A stretch of 61,537 nt of DNA, filler included. It is 14 parts of 14 records of this genome, joined end to end, with 100 filler letters (N's around TTAATTAATTAA, not from the genome) between each part and the next. Parts side by side here need not be neighbours in the genome. Positions count along the whole stretch, not along the records: positions 36,881 to 40,195 come from SRR7504441_68339; positions 40,296 to 43,713 come from SRR7504441_68343; positions 43,814 to 46,974 come from SRR7504441_68353; positions 47,075 to 53,385 come from SRR7504441_68354; 10 more parts are not named here. One strand, written 5' to 3'. The notes under the pieces are model-generated. The model was not told the DNA's origin. It worked only from the letters and a program-made list of their open reading frames with translations, and ran no database searches. The position numbers were made by a program, and so were the translations under genes. This document shows positions 36,881 through 47,290 of the stretch, piece by piece; the first letter of the stretch is position 1, and each line of letters begins with the position of its first letter.

Positions 36881-39800
36881 CGGGAGCGCGGAGGCGGCGG
36901 CGAGCGGGCACCTGCAGAAAGCACTCAGTGGGAAGAAGGAGGCCGAGCTGCGCGTGCTCGAGCTGGAGGACGAGAAGCGGGTGTGGGAGCTCGGGACAAA
37001 GGTGGTGATGAAAGATGCGTCTGCGCCGCTGGTCTCGTCGCTCACGGTGGAGAATGAATCGCTTACTCGGAGCGTGGCCAAACTGCGGGAGAAGATTAGC
37101 GAACTGGAGGGGCAGCAGCAGGCCGGTCTGTACAGGGAGGCCGAGCTGAGGGAGGAGACCGACCGGGCGGCGGAGGTGGGCGGGGCTGCCGGCGCGGCTG
37201 AGCGCGGAGGACAGGAGGCGAGGGAGGCCAAGCACCAGGCGAACAGCAACAGGACAATGTGGGAGAAATTGATCGCGGAGGAGCGCGACGACTGGTCGTC
37301 ACAGTCCCGGGCCCAGGCCGAGCAGCGGCGGGCTGCGATGGACCAGCTGCAGGCCGAGCTGGACGCGGTGACGGAGGAGAATGTGAGGACCAACGAGGTG
37401 GTGGAGTGGCTGAGAAGCTCTCTAGAGCAGTCAAACGTCAACCTGAACCAGGCACAGAACAAGGCCATGCAGGCCAGCGTCCGAGTGCGGGCCCCGGCTG
37501 GCTGAGCTGACTCTTTGGGGCAGACAACGGATGCGACCACTAGAATGCACGAGACGGAGATGGCGACTGACATGGTCAGGCAGTGTGCGCTGCTCGTGGG
37601 CCGCACACTCTCAGCACACCTGCAGAGGGCGGAGGTGGCTGCTGCTGCAGGCCGATACGAGCCGGGCGGCAGGTTGAGACAGCCCAGCAGCTGTCAGAGG
37701 CAGAGGCCAGGCACAAGGCCGTAATGGAATTCAAGGAAGACCAGAGGGTGCAGCTCCAATCTCAGGCGAGCTCTTGGCCCAATCGAGCTCACCGAAGGGG
37801 CAGGTGGATCTACTGGAGGCGCGGCTGTCTGGGATCACTGGGCTGGCGGTAGAGAAGGATTTGCTTGCTGAACGGCTGGAGGAAGCTACCAAGTTGAGGA
37901 CGAGGGCCGAAGAGAGGGAGATGGATGCTGTTTCAAGGATCCGTGAGCTTGAACAGAAAGTGTCGGCCGGTCACGCGCAGGAAGGTCAGCTATACGCTAA
38001 GAACAAGGTCATAGAGCAGCTCGAGACGGACCTCGGCATGCAAGCGAACGAGCTCGAGCGATGCAAGAACCAACTGACTCAAGCCAACGGAGACTGCTCG
38101 CACCTCAAGTCGCTTCTGGCACAAGTCACGCACGAAACCGAGGGGCTGCAGACCGAGCTCAGGATGCAAACGGATCTGAACAGCTCTGCGCTCGACCGTG
38201 ACGCTACAATGGCCTCACAAGTTGAGGCGCTAGAGATGAAAAGCCTGGAGCAGCTTGCCAAGATTAAGACTCTCGAAAGTGAGCGCGACGGTCTGAAGGA
38301 GGAGGGCGAGGTGGATCAAGCCACAGTGACTCGGATTAAGAAATTGGCCCAACAGTATCAGAAGGAGACTGAGTCGCTGAATGTGGCTATTAAGGACCTC
38401 GAGGGCGAGAATGTGGCGCTGAGGGCGAACGAACTGGCAGCCAAGCAGGCGCTTGATGCCGAGAAGAATGCATCGGGAGAGCTAAACAAGCAACTCGCGC
38501 AGGTGCAGGAGCTTCTATCCGCGAGGGACGAGCTCGTGGCTCAGTTGCAAGACAAGGTACTTCAATTGAATCGAATCAAGCTTTGAGGGAAATGTTACAG
38601 GCACAAGATCACATAGGCGACAGCGCAGCGATGGAACAACTCAAGCAACAGCGTCTGGGCGACCTCACTGCGATCCAGCAAATGAACAAGCAGCGTCTCA
38701 GTGACAGCACTTTGATCGAACAGCTCAAGGCCGAGCTGGCCATCTTGCAAGACCAGGTATGTGCTAATGAATGCGATTGATGTCAACATCACTGAGGGTA
38801 CCGGTGTAGGCACAGCAGCACCTGGGCGACAATACAGTGATTGAACAGCTTAACCAGCAGCGCCTCAGCGATACTGCTTTGATTGTGCAGCTTAAGGCTG
38901 AGTTGACCGCCAAAGTGACTGAGCTTGACTCAAAAGAGGCCGTAGAGAAGGCACTCGTCTCAGAAGTGGCCGACCATGCAACTCAGCTCCGGAACCTACA
39001 GGCTAAACTGTTGGAAGTCGAAGCTGACAACCTGAATACCGAGACTCAAGTCAACCAGGCCCAACTCAACAACAATGCACTGATCAACCAGCTAAAGGCT
39101 GAGTTGACCGTCAAAGATGGTGAGGTCTGTGCATGACCAACTGCTTAGTGGGTTGGACAGGCGAGACGCAAACGCTCCATTCTCAAGTGACTGAATTACA
39201 GGCCAGGCTTTTGGGTATCGAGGCCGATCATAAGAATACAGAGGCGCAATTATCGACCCACCAATCTATTGTGGCATCGCTACGGAGGGAACGCATTGAT
39301 GCAGAACAGAGCTATGCTCTCAAGGTGTGCACTCACTGGTTAGAGCTAACAGCCATGTCAGGTTGCAGAATGTGACGACATGTTGAGCAAGTCCACTCAA
39401 TTTGAGGCAGCACTTGTTGTTGCTGAGCAGCAAGTGTCAGATCTGCAGAGATCCCTCCAGGCAAGCGAAGGTCGTGAGGCGGGCCTGGCCCAAGGATGGG
39501 ACGAATGTAAGGCCGAACTCGCTGCCATGCATGCGCAGATTCAAAGGCTCGAAACTGACAGTCAAGTCCCTGACGTCACCCTACGGCTCAGGGCAGAAGT
39601 CGATAAACTGTAAGTATGCAGCATGATTTCCGCCTAGTTGAGCTTGCTGGTGTGCAGCGCAGCTGAGAAAGCAGAGTTACTTGAGGCAACCTTCGAAGCT
39701 GTCCAAGCTGGCGATAGGTGTGCTCTTTTGGCGCTGTTCTCTCGGGTGATTGCTTATACAGGGCTGAAGCCAAGGTCACAGAGGTGGAACACCTCAACCA

Positions 39801-40195
39801 GGCACTGAGTCGCAGTCGCGGGGAGCTTTCGGACCAAATCGATCAGCAGGTATGTGGAATGACCATGTGCCGGCTTTACTCTTGACTGATTGATTAGGCC
39901 GGGGTGATCGAGCACCTGCGGCAAAGCCAGGCAGATCTCATCTCTCAATTGGAAGTAAAGGCCGAGACACTGGAGGCTAGGCAGCGGGCTGCTCCTCCTA
40001 CCAGTCTCGAGACGCGTGTCTTCGGCGAGCTGCACGAGCTCGGCATGCTGGTGCTAAAGCAACCCTAGCGATAGCCAAACTAATCTGTGGGCAGGATCCT
40101 GTGCAGCCGTTCCGCCCTAGTGCAGTTGCGGGTGCCATGCGGGCATCGCCGCCTCGAGCAACTGTAGCTGTGGATGTGGACGGCGATGGGAGGGC
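36881..40195 (+). CDS. Long multi-exon coiled-coil protein; partial
   Basis: Heptad-rich ORFs linked by many short introns (e.g. 37635-37672, GC-AG 37766-37803). Internal repeat QQRLSD..LI.QLKAEL. Confidence 0.75.
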
Positions 40196-40295
40196 NNNNN
40201 NNNNNNNNNNNNNNNNNNNNNNNNNNNNNNNNNNNNNNNTTAATTAATTAANNNNNNNNNNNNNNNNNNNNNNNNNNNNNNNNNNNNNNNNNNNN

Positions 40296-42497
40296 AGAGA
40301 CCACACTTATAGCCAATGAGGGCAGTGCTGATGCCGCCTCCAGTAGCGCGTTCGGTATAGGGTCAGACCATCTGAACTTTGAGCAGCGCCAAGCGGTGAG
40401 CCCAGGGGTATTGTGGCATCATGGCGGGCAGGTGGCAGATATTGTGCATGGCCAACTTCGCAGCAGGACTCAATTTTCTCGTCGGTTTGGACAGATTGAT
40501 GAGGAAACCTTGCAAGAATGCATGCAATCGTGTAGTAACAAAACAAGTTCCTTGGCTCAAGTTTGTTGACATCTTGGTCGTGCAGGTCCTGAATTTTCCG
40601 ACCGCTTCATTCCATGCAGCCTGCGCCCCATCAATCATGTGTATGTGGTGCATGGACCGCCTGGAACGGTGACCGACCTTCGCCGGGTCCCTCTTATGTG
40701 CATGGCGCAGGGCAAAACCTCAGTGGTAACGCAGGCTGCCTGTGAAGTAGTGCAGCAGAAAGGTGGGCGCGTGTTGATTGCAGCTCCATCTCATGCTGCT
40801 GCTGATGTGGTCGCATTCCGGTGTTCACAGCGGCTTGGTCCTGGTACCGTGCTTAGGTTGCTCCCATACCAGCGCTCCCCGGCAATGGTGCCACAGCAAG
40901 TCCACCCTTTGTGCTGCTGGGACCAATCACCCGCTGAGTACGCCTGGTCAGATGGCTCACCGGCCCAGATGCAGATGTTTGGGTGTCCTACAAAGCAGGA
41001 TGTGCTAAACGTATCAGTGGTAGTGTCGACGTGTGTTACGACTCAGATTCTTATCAACTTGTTTCATAATGAGGTGTTGGATGTCAAGGCCAAATCCTTG
41101 GACCCCTGTCTCGATCCTCAGCCTACTGGAATCTTCAGCCACATTTTGATTGACGAGGCAGGCCAGGCAACTGAACCGGAGGTGATCCAACCCAAGGCCT
41201 GTGTCATCTGGTGGGTGCAGGTGTACATTCCACTTGTACTAGCCGGACCGGGAACAACAATTGCTTTGGTTGGAGACCATCGACAGCTTGGGCCCGTGGT
41301 ACGCAGTGCACATGCTCGACAGAACCTGAAGCTATCCACATCTCTCCTCGAGCGGCTCCTCACGACTCCAGCGTGCGCTTGATAATAATTAGCATATATC
41401 TGATGCTGCAACCTATGTATGCAGGTATACCTCTGGAGGCAGCAGTGGCCCAGTTCCAAGGCCCAGCACCTGCACCAAGCTGCTGCAAAACTACCGCTCC
41501 CACCCTGAACTGCTGCAGCTACCATCTGCAAGGTTGCTGCGATTGCAGTTGTAGAGGGATGTGTCACAATCCGAATTGTGTGGGCAGGTTCTATGACAGC
41601 TCGCTCCAACCTAGAGCAAACATCGATCAAGTGAGTGCGCTGACAGCCTGGGAGGAGCTCCCTAATCAAGTCAACTGCCCACTCATGTTCTATGGAGTAC
41701 CCACCGTTTCGCGACCCTGCTGACGAGAGGTACAGGTGCCTGGTGTGCACCAGAGAGATAGCGAAACCCTCTCGTTCTTCAACCTGGCGGAGGCTGTCAA
41801 GCTGGTCGAGCTCGTTGAGGCGCTTCTTGCAAGCAGTCTTTGTCGCCCAGATGACATTGGTGAGTAGACCGCCCCTGGGCAGGCGAATGTGTTGCATTGT
41901 GCAGGTGTGATCGCTCCTTTTCGTAAGCAGGTCTACACACTGCGGTCTCTGCTCAGGAAGGCGCTCCTTGGGGCAGTGCGAGTAGGGACGGTCGATGATT
42001 ACCAGGGTCAAGAGGAGAAAGTGATGTTTGTCAGCTGCGTGGTTGGCCGGAACTTGAACCAGGAGCGCGATGATGAAGTCAATATGTCAATGTCAAGAAT
42101 TGGTATGATGGGTTCTGACACACGATTCAACGTGGCAATGACTCGGGCCAAGGCGTTGATGGTAGTCATAGGCGACCCACTGGCTCTACAGGTGCAGCCC
42201 CGTATTGCTGATCTGCTGCTTGACACTCTGTGACTTTTGCAGTGGGACGAGAACTTTGCTGCATTGATTCGCCATTGCACTGCAAAGAAGGCCTACTGTG
42301 GATGCTTCAACCCATTTCATCAAGAGGCAACTGACAAGGAACAAGACGATCCAGACGACGACAGTGTCGACTTGGCGGTACAGCGTATGGCAGAAATGAT
42401 GCTCGGTCCAGATCAATATGAACTCGAGTATCCCGATGAGCTGAACGACGTAGGTGTTTACTATCGCGATGAGACCGAGTTCCGAGTGGCGCTCTGA
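40296..42497 (+). CDS. MOV10: MOV10/SDE3/Armitage-like SF1 RNA helicase; 5' partial
   Basis: LNFEQRQAV; GPPGT|GKT (intron 40669-40710); APSHAAAD; IDEAGQATEPE; GDHRQLGPVV; SFFNLAEA; VGTVDDYQGQE; RFNVAMTRAKALMVVIGDP; HC...YCGC; terminal ETEFR. Confidence 0.85.
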
Positions 42498-42901
42498 GTA
42501 TCAATTGCAATCACTGATACTCTTAAGGATAGTCACGAGTACGATCCTGAGTGGCCAATTTGCAGTATCTGCACACGACCAAAGGCTGTGGCCAAGGATA
42601 AAAATTAGGGAAGATAGAGACAAATTAGAATCGCTGTGAGAGCCAGCCAAATCCGGGATGGGAAGCTAGCCGGGTAAATATACGTACCGTATGCACGACA
42701 GCTTGCAATTATAAGTTAGTAGATCTATAGACTGAGATTCAGACGAATTAGAGACGAATAAATTGAGCGGTGAGTTCACTCACGGAAGCCCGGGAATTTT
42801 CACGTCTTCATCAGGCATGGTTCATCTCCACAACCACCGGGGCCGCACCTGTGAAAACTGCGAAGAAGCAAGGCGGGAGTGGTTCAGCAGGAGGACAGAC
42901 A

Positions 42902-43713
42902 ATGCCGCGGAAGAAGAAACAGGTGGCGGACCCTCGTCTGGCCCGGGAACGGCTGGTGCTCGGGGCGTTCGAGGCCAGCCTGCCGGAGCTGGCCGGCCCC
43001 ACTGTCGAGGCGCTGGCCGGGCTGTTCGCTGAGGAGTGCGAGCTGGCCTATAAGTGGGACGAGTCGCAGCTGCAGGCCGAGCTGGCCGAGCTGCTCCAGA
43101 CAGAGCTGAATATAGACATAGATCGGGCGGTGGGGGCGATCGCTGCCCGGCTCGAGGCCGGAAAGTTCTGGCTGCTCGTCCAGCGGCCACCCGAGGCGCT
43201 CGTGCAGGAGCCGGAGCCCGGAGCGGCCTGCCTGGCGGTGCTGCCGGAGGATGGTGAGTGGCACCCGGCAGTTGTGCAGCGGTCCGGACCGGAGGGGGTA
43301 ACCGTGCAGTTTAGTGAGTACGGCTATAGCACCGACGTGGCCCGGGGGAGTGTGTGCCTGCAGGAAGAGGTGCCCAGCCGGGCAAGGCGTGGCTGACCTG
43401 CCGGTGCAGATGGCTGGTGAGGCGGACGATAGTGGCGAGTGCCCAATCTGTGGTCGGGAAATGCCGTTGACACGGCATCATCTGTACCCGCGCACCACGC
43501 ACCAGCACTGCATGCGGCGGATGGGTTTGTCCAAGAAGGAGTTGGAGCGCGATGTGTACCTGTGCCGGCAGTGCCACAGCGCCGTTCACCGGTTCAGGGA
43601 CGAGTTGGAGCTGGCCGAGGTGTACAACACGCTCGACGCGATCATGGCCGAGCCTGAGATGGAACGGTGGGCTGCATACGCTGGTAAGCTCAAGACGACA
43701 CATTGCAGCCACG
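42902..43713 (+). CDS. Tudor domain + HNH (YisB-like) nuclease fusion; 3' end truncated
   Basis: GAACLAVLPEDGEWHPAVV...VTVQFSEYG (Tudor); intron 43370-43409; CPICGREMPLTRHHLYP...LCRQCHSAVH...YNTLDAIMA. Confidence 0.82.
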
Positions 43714-43813
43714 NNNNNNNNNNNNNNNNNNNNNNNNNNNNNNNNNNNNNNNNNNNNTTAATTAATTAANNNNNNNNNNNNNNNNNNNNNNNNNNNNNNN
43801 NNNNNNNNNNNNN

Positions 43814-43943
43814 GCGCACTGTAGTCGAGCTCCGGCACGAAAAAGTACTTGAGTCGCTGCGGGGGGGTCTGTTTGAGGTTGCCAAAGAAGATGTTGGTCT
43901 GCTGGTAGGACATGAAGTCCCGCATGCTGCTGTGGAGCGCCAT
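43814..43943 (-). CDS. N-terminus of an unidentified gene
   Basis: ATG-initiated frame open to the contig end, divergent from the channel gene, with GC3-rich codons. Confidence 0.35.
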
Positions 43944-44087
43944 CCCGGGCCCAGCTCACCCAGACGCTCGCCGTCGCAGCGTCGACACGACAGGCAACCT
44001 GTAGGTTGGCGCGGCTTCGCAAATAGATCAGATTTTCGGACTTGTATCCGTTGTCTCATCAGCAGCTGACTTGGCTTGGGCCATTAG

Positions 44088-46261
44088 ATGGCGACGAGCA
44101 GCCGCGTGCTAGGCTCGCCCGCAGGGACGGGCACTCAGGAGTCCTGCGTGCTGGATCGCCATTAGAATTCGGACCATCCGCCCTGGCTGCCCCCAACACG
44201 CCGCCCTCGCCCAGGGAGCTGGCTGCGCGTCCCGGCAGGTGGCTGGCTGCGCTTTGCCTGGCACTGGCATGGGGTCTGATGTGTGTACAATCCTGCAGCC
44301 GACCGCTGCTTGACTCCTCCTCGGAACCAGTGGATACCCCGCGGAGCGACGAGGAGGAGATGGACCTGGACACCAAGCCAGACCCCGATGTCGGGGACCC
44401 CCCGGAAATGGCAATCAAGGAGACTGAGCCGCCCAAGAGCTGCAAACAGCACCTTTACGAGTTCACCGAAGACCCGGAATCCGGGCGCGGGGTGAGCCGA
44501 GGACGCGCCCCCGGGTGCGAGTGGGGGCAGGCGTACCTATGGTCGCTGTTGATTTTGCTGCTCATTCTGACTGGGACTGTGACAATGATCGTGGAAACAC
44601 TCCCGAGTCAAGACAACGATGACGCAGCGCGGGACTACTTCATCATCGAGACTGTTTGCATCTTCTTCTTCTCTCTTGAGGTAGCATGGTGCAGGGTGGT
44701 ATCAGGGCGCTCACCGCACTGGTGCCATTCAGGTCGTGCTCAGGCTGATTGGCTGGGACTTCTCCTGTCAATATTTAAAGGTAGATATGCGCCTTTGCAG
44801 TAACTTGACCAGACGGCGCAGGAGCCGATGAACATTATTGACCTTCTGGCAATTCTGCCATACTACGTTGACCTGATTATTGTTTTGGCCGCTGGAGACA
44901 CCCCGGGAGAGGCAAGCAGCGGGAATGAAAACACAGACATGACGCGGGTACTTCGGTTGTTCCGTCTTATTCGGGTCTTCCGTGTGTTCAAGCTCTCGCG
45001 GAATTCATCGAGCATGAGGTTGGCAGTCCGTGCAGTGATTGCTTCTGGAGACACTCTGGTGCTGATGGTAATCATCCTATGCTTTATGACAGTATTCTTT
45101 GGGAGCTTCGTGTACCACTTCGAACGAGGAGACTGGCATGATAGTGATAATGAGTACCGCAGACCAGGGGAAAACACGGCAAGCCCCTTCACCTCAATCC
45201 CCGAGGCAATGTGGTGGTGCCTAGTGACCATAATGACAGTGGGTTATGGCGACATTTATCCAACCACAGACATGGGAAAGGTGTGTCGCTGCTGGCATCT
45301 GATACTGCGGTGGTGAGTCTTGTCGGCGGCAGATAGTCGCAGTGGTTACAATCATCTGCTCGGTCATGGTGCTGGCACTGCCGATATCCGTGATTGGCCT
45401 CAACTTTTCATTGCTGTGGATGAGTGAAAAGACACACAGAAAGGTCGCCCAGCAGGCATCGGAATCAAACTGAAATAAGGCGCCAGGTTCAGAATGATGC
45501 AGATTTGGTCAGTCGGAGCAAATTGGGAGTATTCAAGGAGCTGTCATGGTATGCTTTCGTGATCTGCTAGATTTCATGGCTCGGCTGTGACAGGTTCAAC
45601 GAAGATGTCAGCATGCTAATGCGAGAACTAAAAAGCGTCGTGGTATCACTCCAAGAGGAGCTTAACACGGTGCGTAATAGCAGAGAGTCAAAAGATCGGC
45701 AACTATGCTCACTCACCGTGGCTGCAGTTGAAGGAGACACAGGAGCAGCCTGAAAAGGATCCTCGTCTATTACAGGTCCAAATGGGCAAGGTAAAGTTCA
45801 TACAGCTCAAAATGGAGATACTGAGAGAAAAATGTCTGCGGTTGGTGCCTGTCTCGCACAACAAGAAGCAGGAGGATGGGGTTCACCGAACCGCATATTT
45901 TTTGCTGGTCAGTCTTCTCACAAGAGCCCAGGGAAACTTTGAGTGGATGCGCAATACCAACCAGGTGGTTGAATATGTCGACGATGATCTTGCACACATG
46001 ACCAGCTTCGTATGGTTTGACCTTGATGGCAAGGATAGTTTCAATGGTAAGGATCCGATCACTGGTGAAACACGCCAGTTAATTCTGCCTGATGGCCAGA
46101 GTGATGACGAGCTTGGACACGTTTCAAATGACAGGAAGGCAGAAGAGGATGACGAAAGGCCGCATAGCCCATTAGGAAGCCCTGCGATGGAGCAAGTGAA
46201 CCCGCTGTCTCAAGCAGCGGGCGCCGGCGCTTCAAAGGAGGATGAATCAATAGACTTGTAA
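44088..46261 (+). CDS. Voltage-gated K+ channel (Kv, 6TM) with helical C-terminus; start uncertain
   Basis: IETVCIFFFSLE; MNIIDLLAILPYY; S4 RVLRLFRLIRVFRVFKLSR; pore WWCLVTIMTVGYGD; LALPISVIGLNF. Several short introns. Confidence 0.93.
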
Positions 46262-46435
46262 TACGAAGATCATACAAAGATCAGCTAGGACAAAATTTGT
46301 AGATATCATTGCAAATGAACGATGTACATACTTAGCTATACACCTTAGTTACATTCCGATATATGTACATATCGATGCAAATGAACGATGCGCCTACTTG
46401 TAAACAATACTATTTTAACATCACCACGATAATTT

Positions 46436-46974
46436 TTATAATGCAGCTGCTTGCTTGATGGCTTGCAATGCAGCCTCCACTTGTGCCTCTGCAGCAGCGC
46501 TCATGAAACTCGGAGCCAATAACAGCTCGCCTGCAACGAAAGCCCCATCCTCCCCTAGCTGGTCAACCACCATCCCCACCGCGCCAGTGGCTTCCACCCG
46601 CTCCGCCGCTGCCAGCGGGGTGCACAGCCCAACAAGCGTCGCTGCCAGCCATGCCAGCTCGTCCTCTAGATCCGCTGCTTGCTTCACTGCCTCTGTCTCC
46701 GACAGGCCCACAGCCGGCCACCGGTGCTGCTGATCGGGCCTGCCGTACGGTGGCGGGTGCTCGCCCGTCCAGCGCCAGCCCTCGCCTGCCAGCAGCTCCC
46801 AATGCTCGCCGCCCGCTCGAGGATGCCGCCTCCCCCGCCAATAAGCCTCCCCAGCAGCCGCCTCACCGCGCTTGCGGACTAAGAAACTCGCAATCGGGCC
46901 TCGCCGCTCGGCGATCACGAGCGCGGCCTCCTGGGCGGCCGGGCTGGCAGGGTCGAGAGGGGCACTGCCTGGTG
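46436..46974 (-). CDS. Hypothetical protein C-terminus; 5' partial
   Basis: 160-aa ORF ending in an AT-rich region convergent with the Kv gene. No motif recognised. Confidence 0.45.
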
Positions 46975-47290
46975 NNNNNNNNNNNNNNNNNNNNNNNNNN
47001 NNNNNNNNNNNNNNNNNNTTAATTAATTAANNNNNNNNNNNNNNNNNNNNNNNNNNNNNNNNNNNNNNNNNNNNTTTAAAATTTTCAAAAACGCAATATA
47101 ACCCATGTGCATGGCCATATGGACAGTATGTGGCTAAAGCACCTGTGTACCTTTCCTGTCTGTTTGCATCCCTTGAATCTTTATGTGAATCATACAATCG
47201 GATCACACGATCAGTAACGGACTTCTCGAGTCAAAGTGTGCGCCGAGTGCGGGAGCGGCCGAGGTGTGCGCGCGAGCTCGGCCGGATCTC

